A stretch of DNA of 64,000 nt from a virus (Duplodnaviria > Caudoviricetes): positions 1 through 64,000 of the IMG/VR virus record IMGVR_UViG_3300021387_000072; one strand, written 5' to 3'. The position numbers and the translations under genes are program-made. Every line of letters starts with the position of its first letter. Position 1 is the stretch's first letter. Below are positions 31,132 through 41,404 of this stretch, one piece after another. The notes beneath the pieces were generated by a model that was not told the origin of the DNA, did no database searches, and saw only the letters and a list, made by a program, of their open reading frames with translations.

Positions 31132-31284
31132 AGCGTTAACTTCGTTGAACTGAACGTTAGGGGTAGCACTGAAGTCACTCAGCTGGTCAAAGTAGAACAG
31201 CTTGGAGTCAATCTTACGCTTGAACCATACCTTAGGAACGTCGGTAACATAACCCTGATACTTAGGCAGATACTGCATTGCCAT
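31132..31284 (-). CDS. Major tail (tube) protein, exon 1 (51 codons; absent from ORF track)
   Basis: MAMQYLPKYQGYVTDVPKVWFKRKIDSKLFYFDQLSDFSATPNVQFNEVNA with upstream AAGGATGTGG SD-like element. Confidence 0.85.
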
Positions 31285-31361
31285 AAATACCACATCCTTT
31301 ATTTCATTGATATATATTTCAAATCTCAGTATCAGCTCCTACTCTAATACGAGATGTGAAA

Positions 31362-31835
31362 TCAGAATACTTTTGTGAAGGAGAGAGTAAGGTTATACCT
31401 TGAATAGCCAATGGTACTTGTATTCATATCTCCTTCATTCGGATCGTAGAAACGGTACACGCCATTGTAACGGTTACCTAAAAGAAGCTGACGTAGCCGC
31501 AAAGCGATCAACTCTGTGCGGCACGTCAGCGCATCATTTGAGTAGTTATGTTGATACTTATCTTTAACATAAATATCAAAACTCAATATGTTTCTGCCAA
31601 CCCGTTCACCTAATGTAGAGATGGAAGCCATCGTATAGTTTATACGGACTGTCTCATCTTTAAGCACCGTAGATACAGTGCCTGTACGTATGAAATACTT
31701 CTCATAGAAATCTATGATGGTTGCTGTCTTTGGCAGCATCATCAGTTCTCTGAGAGCATCGTCTTTGAAGATGATGTTTCTGACGATATCGTTCCAGTCA
31801 GATATCCATGCATCTTGCTGCATTAACTGTGCCAT
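31362..31835 (-). CDS. Putative tail terminator/completion protein
   Basis: Position before tail tube; size. Confidence 0.55.
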   Translation of the reverse strand: MAQLMQQDAWISDWNDIVRNIIFKDDALRELMMLPKTATIIDFYEKYFIRTGTVSTVLKDETVRINYTMASISTLGERVGRNILSFDIYVKDKYQHNYSNDALTCRTELIALRLRQLLLGNRYNGVYRFYDPNEGDMNTSTIGYSRYNLTLSFTKVF

Positions 31836-31839
31836 AACA

Positions 31840-32190
31840 TCACCCTCTATTGAATCTTAATGTAGCGTTCTCGATGATGTACTCTTTCATAAAGTCTACC
31901 ATCTGATCGGAACACTTATTTAAAAGATAAGGATCGAACTGTATATGGATAGACATGTTCTCTCCGTTATCTGATACTGGATTAACTATAATGCCATTGA
32001 TTACTTCATCAGGAATGGATTTAAAATCATAGCCATGCTTGGTTGTCATAGATACAAGCTCTTCATTCATGGCCTGTGCTTCGAGCTGTATGTAAGTTAC
32101 AAGCTCTGCAGCTTTTTCTTTAAGGATTTCTCTTTCACTTTTCTTAAACGCTTCTTTGAATGCGCTTACGAAATCCGTTGATCCACTCAT
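31840..32190 (-). CDS. Neck-region hypothetical protein
   Basis: Translationally coupled ORF in neck module. Confidence 0.6.
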   Translation of the reverse strand: MSGSTDFVSAFKEAFKKSEREILKEKAAELVTYIQLEAQAMNEELVSMTTKHGYDFKSIPDEVINGIIVNPVSDNGENMSIHIQFDPYLLNKCSDQMVDFMKEYIIENATLRFNRG

Positions 32191-32927
32191 TACAGATCAC
32201 CACCGGGTTCCTTCTTAGCCTGTATTCTCAGAACACCATGCTTACCGGAAATATGCATGCCTTCATAACTGATGTCAACCACTGAGTAGATATCGTTTGC
32301 CCAGATAAAGTTATCTGCTGGACGAATCTTATTTGTCAGTTCATTGTACTGTACCGTTATGATAGACAGTGCGTTTGGCGTAACACCGGGTGTTGCTGAT
32401 ATGGCAGAGAACTCTGGTCTGCCGTCATATCTATATGCGTTCACTGGTATATTAGGAGCAATGACAATATGCCTGTCTTCTTCGCTCTCGATACGGAAAC
32501 CATTCTCATCATATTCCGTTTCAGAGAATCGTGTGAACGTAAGCATAACATTACATCTGAGTGCACGGCTCATTTTGTTATTGGGCTGCGGCGGGATATC
32601 CCAGTCAAGCACGTAGACAGTTTCATTATCATCGATAATAATATCTCCCTTACGGATATCATTCTTAACTGATGTTCTGAAGTTAATATTATTATCTGTA
32701 TTGGCATAGCGGCTCTTTGATTTATCCGGGTATATTTCTCCACGGATTACAATTTTTTCATAATCCGGTTCCTCTCTCTTATACCAGTTATGTATAAGTT
32801 CAAAGTTCATTACTGCACCCGGAATATCCATAGCAAGGAAGTTATCAAAGTCGCCAGGGAGAGTTGGAGGTACAAAGAATTTCAATGTTGATTCCTGGTC
32901 GCTATAGTTATAGCCCATGAGAACCAC
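32190..32927 (-). CDS. Putative head-closure/neck protein
   Basis: Position; two beta-barrel-like halves ('IRKGDII', 'IRPADNFIW'). Confidence 0.55.
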   Translation of the reverse strand: MVLMGYNYSDQESTLKFFVPPTLPGDFDNFLAMDIPGAVMNFELIHNWYKREEPDYEKIVIRGEIYPDKSKSRYANTDNNINFRTSVKNDIRKGDIIIDDNETVYVLDWDIPPQPNNKMSRALRCNVMLTFTRFSETEYDENGFRIESEEDRHIVIAPNIPVNAYRYDGRPEFSAISATPGVTPNALSIITVQYNELTNKIRPADNFIWANDIYSVVDISYEGMHISGKHGVLRIQAKKEPGGDL

Positions 32928-32928
32928 C

Positions 32929-33264
32929 TCATTGTCCTGTCATCTTAGCTACGTATTCGCCGCCTGACAGTGTATTGATACTCTTGCCGTTATAGCAGAG
33001 TGTTGTTGGAAGTCGTTCAACGTTATTCGCAGCATCGAGAAGTCTGCTGCGAATACGGCTGAAATCAAGAATGGTCTGTTCGGACCAGTTCGTTCTATTC
33101 GTTCCGTATGTCTTAATGAATTCTTTTTCAACTTCATTCAAGACACACTTGAGAGAATAACCGACATTATAACAAAACTCTGTAAAGCCAAGAGAGCTTT
33201 TTTCAAGTTTATGTGTGTCTCTGTTCTTCGTGAGAATAGAGACTGAATATCTATTATCAGTCAT
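32929..33264 (-). CDS. Hypothetical protein
   Basis: ORF in operon with SD. Confidence 0.6.
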   Translation of the reverse strand: MTDNRYSVSILTKNRDTHKLEKSSLGFTEFCYNVGYSLKCVLNEVEKEFIKTYGTNRTNWSEQTILDFSRIRSRLLDAANNVERLPTTLCYNGKSINTLSGGEYVAKMTGQ

Positions 33265-33276
33265 ACTACCACACCT

Positions 33277-33708
33277 TTAATCAGGTACTACAAAACGGAA
33301 CATCTTGAAGTACTTGATACGCCTTTCGTTTTCTAATGCTGATACTGTAGCCTGCATATTTGCATAAGGCTTATCCATATTTGATACAGAGATAGCATCA
33401 GTCGTATAGCTCACCATATTGTTATAGCCTGTCTTGACCGTATTATAGAACATGATCTTTGCAAGCAGTAAGACATACGCCTGTTCATCTATAGGCAGAT
33501 CTTCAGAGAACATAACTTCCTGAGTTTCTTCGTCGGTATAGATTTCTGTATCTTCGTATGCGGAGGCTCTAGCTGTATCAATATAAAGCTGTTCAAGTCC
33601 ATGAACAATCATCTGTTCATACTCTTCTTCTGTGAACGGAACCGGAACCTGCTGAAGTCTTGTTTCAAACTTTAGTTTCTCCTTAAGCTTTGTAATCGAA
33701 GTAGCCAA
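33277..33708 (-). CDS. Putative head-tail adaptor
   Basis: Helical 143-aa protein downstream of the capsid gene; SD AGGAGG. Confidence 0.55.
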   Translation of the reverse strand: MATSITKLKEKLKFETRLQQVPVPFTEEEYEQMIVHGLEQLYIDTARASAYEDTEIYTDEETQEVMFSEDLPIDEQAYVLLLAKIMFYNTVKTGYNNMVSYTTDAISVSNMDKPYANMQATVSALENERRIKYFKMFRFVVPD

Positions 33709-33729
33709 CTAAATCGCCTCCTTCTTTTC

Positions 33730-34185
33730 TTATTCTTCTTCGTCGGTTTCGAGAAAGTCTTTATCAGGCATCTTCTCTTTCAGAACCTTCAGCCTTGTAG
33801 AAGAAAGGTCCATCTTCTTTGCAATCTCAAAGATGGCATGAAGCTCAGCGGGATCTTCTATACCATCAAGGAATGCCTTGAGTTTCTTGGGTGTTCCTTT
33901 GAGAATATTCTCAATCTCGTCATCACTCATGTGAGGATTCGGATCATAATCTATATAAGCGGTAATCTGATCGAAAGGAATTTCCTTTCCGTTGGCATCG
34001 ACAGGCACAAGCATACGCTTGCCAAAGTACTTATCTTCAGTACAGATACTCTCAATAAAGAGAATGTCATCCAGTGTAAGCAGCTTGAAAGAGCCAGGCT
34101 GAATCTGTGTACGATGCCCATTAGGCAGAAGCACACCGATAGTATAGTTACACTTATTCATCACACGATATCTTACTTCTTCCAT
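33730..34185 (-). CDS. Hypothetical protein after capsid gene
   Basis: ORF with SD, in operon. Confidence 0.65.
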   Translation of the reverse strand: MEEVRYRVMNKCNYTIGVLLPNGHRTQIQPGSFKLLTLDDILFIESICTEDKYFGKRMLVPVDANGKEIPFDQITAYIDYDPNPHMSDDEIENILKGTPKKLKAFLDGIEDPAELHAIFEIAKKMDLSSTRLKVLKEKMPDKDFLETDEEE

Positions 34186-34212
34186 ATCCTTTTCCTTCTT
34201 CCTTATCAGATT

Positions 34213-34242
34213 TGAGCCGCTGCGATAGCAAGCAGCGGCTCA
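34213..34242 (-). terminator. Hairpin after major capsid gene
   Basis: TGAGCCGCTGC/GCAGCGGCTCA stem; weak T tail. Confidence 0.5.
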
Positions 34243-34253
34243 AATCATTACTC

Positions 34254-35258
34254 TTAGTTAATCTTATAAGCGCCGATGTTCGGGATCTTGTTAGTAACGA
34301 ACGCAGCCCCAAACCATTGGTCAAGTCTAATTTCGTACACAAGGTCATTGATGTTCTGAGCTTCGAAGGAGTTTACGCCACCTTCGTACAGAATCTTCAG
34401 GTTGTGCAGATCGACAGAGATATTGCCGGGTACGAGATACAGCCAGTTTGTCTTCATGATAGGCGTGGTCTTGCCAGTCTCATAAGCGTTAGGCATGGAG
34501 ATAACCGTGCTGCCCTTATACTTGCCCAGCATACCGGTAGAGGCATACTCGTTCATCTGATCATCAGAATAGGCCACAGTGCCATTACCGTTAGCACCAA
34601 CCATACCCTGAACACCGATCAGCTGAGACACAGCAGCGATATCGCCAACGATGGTCACAGGACCCAGGCGACGGAAGTATTCCAGCTGCTTGTCAAGGAT
34701 TGTGGTGTCGATACCATTGGCAGAGCCATAGAACGGAGAATGGAATTCAGCAACGGCCTTATGAAGAACGTCTTCAATGTAGCCGGTTTCCTTCAGAACC
34801 ATCTGTTCATTGGCCTGACGAACCAGATCAGGCATGTTCACACGATTGCAGCGAAGCTCCATGATGTTGATAGCAGGACGGCTGGACACTTCGATCGTAT
34901 CGATGAAGAGCTGCCTGCTGGCAACGTAGCTTCTCGGTGTGGTAGAACCCTTGGCCTGAATCACAGCATTGATACCACCGGTCTGCATATTGAAAGCAAT
35001 CTTCTCACCGAAGTTGCAGCGCTTGGTATCAGCGATGCTTTCCAGGAATCCCAGAGAATTCTGATGGATATCATTCATTGTGTAGGCCACGGTCTGACCG
35101 ATGGTATGAATGACTTCCTTAGTATTTTCCTGCTGTGCCAGTGTATGGAAAATTTCCTGTGCTTCATCTGCAGCGGCAGAATCAACGCGCTTGTTCTGAA
35201 CCTGATCAGCAAGCACCTTAATAAGCTTACTGTCGGCTGTAATACGAATAGGATCCAT
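34254..35258 (-). CDS. Major capsid protein (HK97 fold likely)
   Basis: 334 aa, strong codon bias, position between head accessory and neck genes; start reassigned to MDPIR (SD GAGGTG). Confidence 0.8.
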   Translation of the reverse strand: MDPIRITADSKLIKVLADQVQNKRVDSAAADEAQEIFHTLAQQENTKEVIHTIGQTVAYTMNDIHQNSLGFLESIADTKRCNFGEKIAFNMQTGGINAVIQAKGSTTPRSYVASRQLFIDTIEVSSRPAINIMELRCNRVNMPDLVRQANEQMVLKETGYIEDVLHKAVAEFHSPFYGSANGIDTTILDKQLEYFRRLGPVTIVGDIAAVSQLIGVQGMVGANGNGTVAYSDDQMNEYASTGMLGKYKGSTVISMPNAYETGKTTPIMKTNWLYLVPGNISVDLHNLKILYEGGVNSFEAQNINDLVYEIRLDQWFGAAFVTNKIPNIGAYKIN

Positions 35259-35311
35259 ATATATCACCTCAATAATGTATAGCACACAAGGTGCTTGTAA
35301 ATATGTATTTG

Positions 35312-35340
35312 AAAAGAGCGGCGTTATTGCCGCTCGTTTT
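35312..35340. terminator. Terminator-like hairpin upstream of capsid gene
   Basis: AAAAGAGCGGC-GTTATT-GCCGCTC-GTTTT. Confidence 0.55.
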
Positions 35341-35346
35341 CATAGG

Positions 35347-35793
35347 TTAACCCTTAAGGTTTCCACCGGCTGAAACAGTCAGTACCTTTCCGGGTTGTAT
35401 ATTGTTAGCCTCTACGAGAGATGCGGAGATAAGAAACTCTTCTCCCTCTTCGAGCGGATGCGCATTCAGCAACGCATCCGCTTCGACAGCATAACGTCTT
35501 GTATCATAAACATCACTATCATTGAAATCCCAAGTGTTTTCAATGAAATAGCAAAGTTCATTCAGTTTTCTAACAAGGACGCGATAGGCAGGCAGATTGT
35601 CGTAGATTTCTGCTGACTCACGAATCATGAATTCATTATCTGATTCTTTAAATATCAGCTTGTTGTTTTCTGGAAACATTATCATTCCGTTGTATACAAG
35701 TTCTTGCGTACCGTTTGAATACGATCCATCGTATACGTGGTTCTTGTATATTGTGATGTAACCGCATTTCAGTTCATTATCCACCATCGCCAT
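35347..35793 (-). CDS. Head decoration-like protein, paralog 5
   Basis: Shared motif GYIT..Y.G..NG...YD.LPA...ENTWDFND..YD...H.L..GEEF. Confidence 0.65.
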   Translation of the reverse strand: MAMVDNELKCGYITIYKNHVYDGSYSNGTQELVYNGMIMFPENNKLIFKESDNEFMIRESAEIYDNLPAYRVLVRKLNELCYFIENTWDFNDSDVYDTRRYAVEADALLNAHPLEEGEEFLISASLVEANNIQPGKVLTVSAGGNLKG

Positions 35794-35820
35794 TGCTATC
35801 ACCTCCTTCATGTATATTTA

Positions 35821-38800
35821 TTAAGTGCAGAATCCAAGACGGATACCGTGTTGCTCAGTAACTGCCTTGGTGTTTCTTGTGCCATCAGCAGCAATAACAT
35901 TCATGGTTGTATCTGCTACGGTTCTTGTCCAGTAGATTTGTGCTGCTGTTGTGGTACTCGTTTCTGGGAAATATGCTTTTCGCATTTCGTCGTTGGTGAA
36001 ATGGCCATAATCATGACCTTCTTCAGAACCATAAGCAATACCGAGTTCTTTCAGAGAAGGAATCCACATATAGCAGTTAACCCATTCATGTGTAACTGTA
36101 TTTGAATTAAGTTTGCATCTATGTCTCTTTGCAACTTGAAGAACCGCATTTTGAAGATTGCTTGGTAAATAATCTTTTAAAGAGTCAACATACGTTTTTA
36201 TAGCAGAACCAGAATAACCACCGTATACACCGGTACCACTTGTTGTTCCGCTTGCAGCGGAAAGATTCCACTTGTATTTTGTTGTAAGAATTTCTTTGGA
36301 AAGCCATGTCATATGTGCATAGGATGTACCACCTGGAAGTGGATCGATATCAAACCCAACAAGCACCATTGTTATTGTGTCAATTGTTGCTGCGCCGCCT
36401 GAGTTGCTTGTAAGTTCAAGTTCAATCTCATCACCAACGTGATATAGTTTTTTATATGTACCATTCGAACATGCAGTTATCACAGAAGACCAGTTCATCA
36501 GGCTTGTATCAATAACTCTGAAATTTCTTGAATCATCCACTCTGAGTTCGAATCTGTGAGAAGATGTGGATCTTGTGCTGGAATTAAGATACAAAGCTTG
36601 TGATTGTGTTGCTGTACGATCTATGCTGATAACATGATAATTCGTACCATCATAACGGAACTGCACAATATCATTAGCGCGAATCACATTAGCTCTAAGC
36701 TTAAACTCACCGCTATAAATAGGTTTTGCTCCAGTGCTGTTTATGTTTAATGTAGCATTTGCTGGAACATCATAAGTAAACTTTATACTTACAAAACCAT
36801 TTGTGTTTAAAACAAAACCTGATAGGGTAGCTACTTTTGCAGCAGTACTTGCCTCTGTGCTACATAGCCCATAACCACTACCGAAATATGGAGGGCTTAC
36901 ATTATTAAGTTTTGTTTTATCGGATGCACTCATAAGGCCAGCTGCACTTGTTGTAGCGGCAGTATTAGGTATTTTGACAGTACGGTCTGTAGCACCAGTA
37001 ACATGACCAGTAGAATCAGATGTTATCTGTGAAATTGTAAATGTACTGCCAAAGCCTGGAGTCTGGTTCGCTGTTGGTTTGCCAGTTCTCGCAGTATAAC
37101 TCGGATGTGAATATGCTGGAGGATCACCCCAAGTACCATCAGCTTTAAGAAAAGCTCCTACGTCAGCCTTTGTTGGTTTTGGAACAAGACCAGCAGCACC
37201 GTCTGCAGATGATGATGCACCGGTCATTGTAGCTACAGTCTTCTTGGTTGCTGTTATTACACCCTGTGCGTTCTGAGATATCGTAGCTATAAAAGTAGAA
37301 CTCGTACCAGAAGCGGATGGATCAGAGACAGCAGTTTGTGTATTCTTTTTGCCACTGATATCTTGATGAGCAGTAATTACAGTCTGCCATGTACCATCGC
37401 CTCTAAGGAATTTTGTTTGTGCACCAGCTCCAGGAGCAGGTACTAAGCCAGCAGTACCGGCAGTTGAAGCATTTGCAGCACCCATGTTTGGAGGTGATGC
37501 CCAATCGCCATCGCCACGAAGGAACAGCGTTCTATCTGCTTTTACTGGTTTAGGTACAAGACCGGTATGACCATCAGCACTTGATGTTGCACCACCCATG
37601 GTACGCACTGTACTTTTGGTAGCAGATATTACACCTTGAGCATTCTGAGAAATAGTGGCAATATAAGTTACACCAGAGCCTGATGCTGATGGATCTGATA
37701 CTGCTGTCTGTGTCTTTTTATATGTGGAAGAAATTGTATTACCGTCTCCATCTTGTGTGGCTTTTGTGGCAGAGGTGGCATTACCGACAAATTCGGTGGC
37801 TGTTACTTTCTTAGGAAATGTAACATTGCGTTGATAATCGTATCCATAAACATGACCGGTTTTTGCTATATTGTTTGGTGTTGTCCAACATGCAGTGCCG
37901 AAGGCTTGTATTTTCAGAATAGAAAGACCAACATTGCCGGAATATGTATGCTTTGTTATGCCAAATGTAAATCTGATTTTACTGTAATTTGATTCAGGAT
38001 AAGAATTATAATATGTACTAAATGGCTCGACATTAATTATGTTCCAGCCACTCCAACCCGCTAAGCTAACATGGTCAGCAATATTAACCCATGTTGTTTC
38101 ACTTTGTTTTAATGCTTTTTCTATTGTTACATAACTACCACTAGAACCATTTGTTGAAACAAAAATGGCGAATTTCCTGAGATTGGCATATAAACCTGCT
38201 GTATTTGTTGTAACTGTAAATCGTACAAGGCAATTAGCGTCAGGTCTATTATCAGCATTGCTTTTACCAACATTGGCAGAACCACCGATAGAAGAAAATA
38301 TTTTCATTTTTTCTTCATCTGTCAAACCAAAGTCTGTCCATGTTGCTCCAGCATCTCTAGAATACTCTACTTGAAGACCAGCTGCTATTAATAATTCAAA
38401 TCTGTTTGCACTTAATTCTGAAATAATACCAGCATCTACAGGACTTGCGTTGCCAGCAATGTTTTTACCACCCCACTCAAGATATGCTTCCTTGCCAACA
38501 TTATCTAATCCCATGTCGGTCTTCAGCTTGGCGGCTGTAACAACGTCACTGGTTGTACCATTGATAGTCTTTGTTATCTTTTTATTCGTAGCATCATACG
38601 CTATTGTGCTTACAGTAGCAGACTTATCTGCTTTACCGCTTATATCCTGGTGGGCAGTCACGACTGTTTGCCACGTAGCATCGCCACGAAGAAATTTTGA
38701 TTGTGAACCAGCGGGAGCTTGCACCATACCCTTCGTACCAGCAGCGCTAGCACTAGCACCAGTCATTGTAGGTAACGTCTGATGAGCGGTAAGAACTTTA

Positions 38801-41379
38801 GCACCGTTGGAGTACAGACAGTTATCCGTACCAACATAGGCTTTCACATTACTGTATGTTTGAGGATTAGCGTCCTGAGAAGTTGCGCCAACTAAATATA
38901 ACTTCGACGTGCTATTTGTAGCACCAGCAGTATTCTTAGTATCTGTAGGAACTACCCATTGTGCATCACCACGGAGGAATTTAGTTTGAGATCCTGCAGG
39001 AGCCTGCACCATTCCTTTAGTACCAGCTGCTGATGCTGATGCTGCACTCATCGTTGGCAATGTTTGATGTGCAGTCAGTGCTGTCTGCCATGTACCGTCT
39101 TGACGGAGGAACTTTGTGCCACCACTGGATGTACCCAATGCGGCTTTAACTACAGTGGCGTTTACTACATTTGATACTTTTCTTCTATGGTATGTTATAG
39201 TAGATGTCCCACCACCGGCATACTGCGCTACAAGATAGTCATCCAGAGTTGCAGGTGAAGAACCTTCTGTTAGGCAGTTAATTATGTCTGAAGCTGTAGA
39301 CCATGTAGCATTGCCACGAAGGAATTTGACATGTGCGCCAACTCCTGGCTGCGGCACGATGCCCGCTGTACCAGCAGCGGTATCTGACGCACTAGTCATA
39401 GTTGCAGGTGCAGCCCAGTCTCCGTCTCCACGAAGGAATAAGGTTCTGTCTGCTTTTACTGGTTTGGGTACCAAGCCAGCTGTGCCATCAGCACTAGAAG
39501 ATGCACCTGTCATAGTACTTACAGTTTTCTTTGTGGCTGAAATAACACCCTGGGCGTTTTGTGAGACTGTGGCTATAAAGGTAGTACTGGTGCCACTGGC
39601 AGAAGGATCACTTACTGCGGTCTGAACTTTCTTATAGGTTGAGGAGATGACTTTACCATCTCCGTCTTGTGTAGCTTTGGTGGCTGAAGATGCAGATGTA
39701 GCTGAAGTAGCACTGGTTGCGCTGTCTGCAGTTTTAGCATGAGCTACATTGCCTGCATCTACAGATACATTGCCTGTTACGGTTTTATAAACTTCAACAC
39801 TGGTTTTCGGATCTGTTTCGGTGGTTCCACTAACCTCGCTTGAATTCACAAGAGTCCATCCGTTATTTGATCCTTCAAGTATATAAGCTTTACAGCGCAT
39901 CCATCCGCTGCAATGAATATATGCACTTACTTCTGTATCAGCAGTTATACTATTAACCTTTGTAACAACTACATCATTTTCTCCAAAGCCATAACGGATA
40001 ATCCATTCTACTGTAGTATCTGTAGTTTTATTTGAATTTGCTCTTGCTGCTATTTTTACAACACCATATCTGCCAGCTGAGAATCTTCCATGAATAATAA
40101 CAATAGCAGAATAGTCTGCATTCACACCTGCTTTAAGTGTCATTTTTGCAAATCTGTGCCATGGATAGTTGTTTTGGCCTTGGCTGTCTATGTAGCAATG
40201 ATTGAAATAAAACGACGATAGAGCCTTAGGTATACCACCATCTAGATAAATACCTTGTTTAGCTGAACCAACATCTGCAGTGCCAAGCTGTGTTGGTATA
40301 GCCCAAGTAGCATCGCCTCGCAAGAACTTGGTCTGAGATCCAGCTGGGGCTTGAACCATACCTTTGGTGCCAGCGGCACTGGCTGAAGCAGCGCTCATAG
40401 TTGGAAGCGTTTGATGGGCAGTGAGTACTTTTACACCGCCCGAATAAAGACAACCATCCGTACCGACATAAGCCGTATCCTGGCTGTAAGTCTGAGGATT
40501 CGCTGCTTGTGACTCAGCTCCAATAAGGAACAGCTTCTTTGAGCTATCTGTAGAACCTGTTGTATTCAGGGTGTTTGTAGGTGTAACCCATTGACCGTCA
40601 CCTCTCAGGAATTTAGCCTGAGATCCGGCTGGAGCCTGTACCATGCCTTTTGTTCCAGCAGCGGATGCACTAGCACCAGTCATTGTCGGTAGAGTCTGAT
40701 GTGCGGTCAGAACCTTTACACCACCAGAATACAGGCATCCATCCGTACCAATGTATGCTGTATCATGCGAATACGTTTGAGGATTAGCGGCTTGGCTCTC
40801 AGCACCGATAATGAAAAGTTTCTTGGAACTGTCTGTTGAGCCAGTGGTATTCAGAGTGTTTGTAGGCACTGCCCATGTGCCATCGCCTCTAAGAAAACTC
40901 GTTTGCTTTCCCGCTGCAGGCGCAGGCACGTAACCACCGCTGCCTGCTGCCGAAGCGGAAGCACCTTTCATGGCTGGCGTTACTGTATCACTATCCAAGC
41001 TTGTCAGCGCCCAATACTTGGTACCGTTATCAAACAGGTAGAACATATATGTTCTCTTATCGCCAAGATTGCCGACAGCTGTAAGGTTACCAACAGTATT
41101 ATTACGAAACTGTTTTATTGCCAAAGCCCCTGTGCCGTTGACATTCATCTTTACCTTATCAACAGCAACAGAGTTTGTATTTGTAAATGTTACGAAAATG
41201 ATTGCACCGTTAACGAGATTGGCGGCATCAAAGTCTGCACAAACGACATCCTTAGTTTCCGTTGCCGCCGCAGTTGAACACGTACCGAAAAATATATGTT
41301 CAAGCTTCGTTCTCGCAACAGCATCCTTAATATTATACGTTGTGTTATTCAGTGCTTTTATCTTGGATATATCTGCCAT
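35821..41379 (-). CDS. Long fibre protein with FLRGDGxW repeats and a C-terminal DUF6273/C-type-lectin-like domain
   Basis: More than 10 'FLRGD(G/A)xW' repeats; C-terminus 'YHVGD...WIPSLKEL...YWTRT...GIRLGFC'. Confidence 0.75.
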   Translation of the reverse strand: MADISKIKALNNTTYNIKDAVARTKLEHIFFGTCSTAAATETKDVVCADFDAANLVNGAIIFVTFTNTNSVAVDKVKMNVNGTGALAIKQFRNNTVGNLTAVGNLGDKRTYMFYLFDNGTKYWALTSLDSDTVTPAMKGASASAAGSGGYVPAPAAGKQTSFLRGDGTWAVPTNTLNTTGSTDSSKKLFIIGAESQAANPQTYSHDTAYIGTDGCLYSGGVKVLTAHQTLPTMTGASASAAGTKGMVQAPAGSQAKFLRGDGQWVTPTNTLNTTGSTDSSKKLFLIGAESQAANPQTYSQDTAYVGTDGCLYSGGVKVLTAHQTLPTMSAASASAAGTKGMVQAPAGSQTKFLRGDATWAIPTQLGTADVGSAKQGIYLDGGIPKALSSFYFNHCYIDSQGQNNYPWHRFAKMTLKAGVNADYSAIVIIHGRFSAGRYGVVKIAARANSNKTTDTTVEWIIRYGFGENDVVVTKVNSITADTEVSAYIHCSGWMRCKAYILEGSNNGWTLVNSSEVSGTTETDPKTSVEVYKTVTGNVSVDAGNVAHAKTADSATSATSATSASSATKATQDGDGKVISSTYKKVQTAVSDPSASGTSTTFIATVSQNAQGVISATKKTVSTMTGASSSADGTAGLVPKPVKADRTLFLRGDGDWAAPATMTSASDTAAGTAGIVPQPGVGAHVKFLRGNATWSTASDIINCLTEGSSPATLDDYLVAQYAGGGTSTITYHRRKVSNVVNATVVKAALGTSSGGTKFLRQDGTWQTALTAHQTLPTMSAASASAAGTKGMVQAPAGSQTKFLRGDAQWVVPTDTKNTAGATNSTSKLYLVGATSQDANPQTYSNVKAYVGTDNCLYSNGAKVLTAHQTLPTMTGASASAAGTKGMVQAPAGSQSKFLRGDATWQTVVTAHQDISGKADKSATVSTIAYDATNKKITKTINGTTSDVVTAAKLKTDMGLDNVGKEAYLEWGGKNIAGNASPVDAGIISELSANRFELLIAAGLQVEYSRDAGATWTDFGLTDEEKMKIFSSIGGSANVGKSNADNRPDANCLVRFTVTTNTAGLYANLRKFAIFVSTNGSSGSYVTIEKALKQSETTWVNIADHVSLAGWSGWNIINVEPFSTYYNSYPESNYSKIRFTFGITKHTYSGNVGLSILKIQAFGTACWTTPNNIAKTGHVYGYDYQRNVTFPKKVTATEFVGNATSATKATQDGDGNTISSTYKKTQTAVSDPSASGSGVTYIATISQNAQGVISATKSTVRTMGGATSSADGHTGLVPKPVKADRTLFLRGDGDWASPPNMGAANASTAGTAGLVPAPGAGAQTKFLRGDGTWQTVITAHQDISGKKNTQTAVSDPSASGTSSTFIATISQNAQGVITATKKTVATMTGASSSADGAAGLVPKPTKADVGAFLKADGTWGDPPAYSHPSYTARTGKPTANQTPGFGSTFTISQITSDSTGHVTGATDRTVKIPNTAATTSAAGLMSASDKTKLNNVSPPYFGSGYGLCSTEASTAAKVATLSGFVLNTNGFVSIKFTYDVPANATLNINSTGAKPIYSGEFKLRANVIRANDIVQFRYDGTNYHVISIDRTATQSQALYLNSSTRSTSSHRFELRVDDSRNFRVIDTSLMNWSSVITACSNGTYKKLYHVGDEIELELTSNSGGAATIDTITMVLVGFDIDPLPGGTSYAHMTWLSKEILTTKYKWNLSAASGTTSGTGVYGGYSGSAIKTYVDSLKDYLPSNLQNAVLQVAKRHRCKLNSNTVTHEWVNCYMWIPSLKELGIAYGSEEGHDYGHFTNDEMRKAYFPETSTTTAAQIYWTRTVADTTMNVIAADGTRNTKAVTEQHGIRLGFCT

Positions 41380-41404
41380 TGCAGTTTCCTCCTGCAAATT
41401 ATTA

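Noticed and set aside
35821-35960. C-type-lectin-like fibre tip as a DGR variable region
   Set aside because: No reverse transcriptase or adenine-variant template repeat seen in the window
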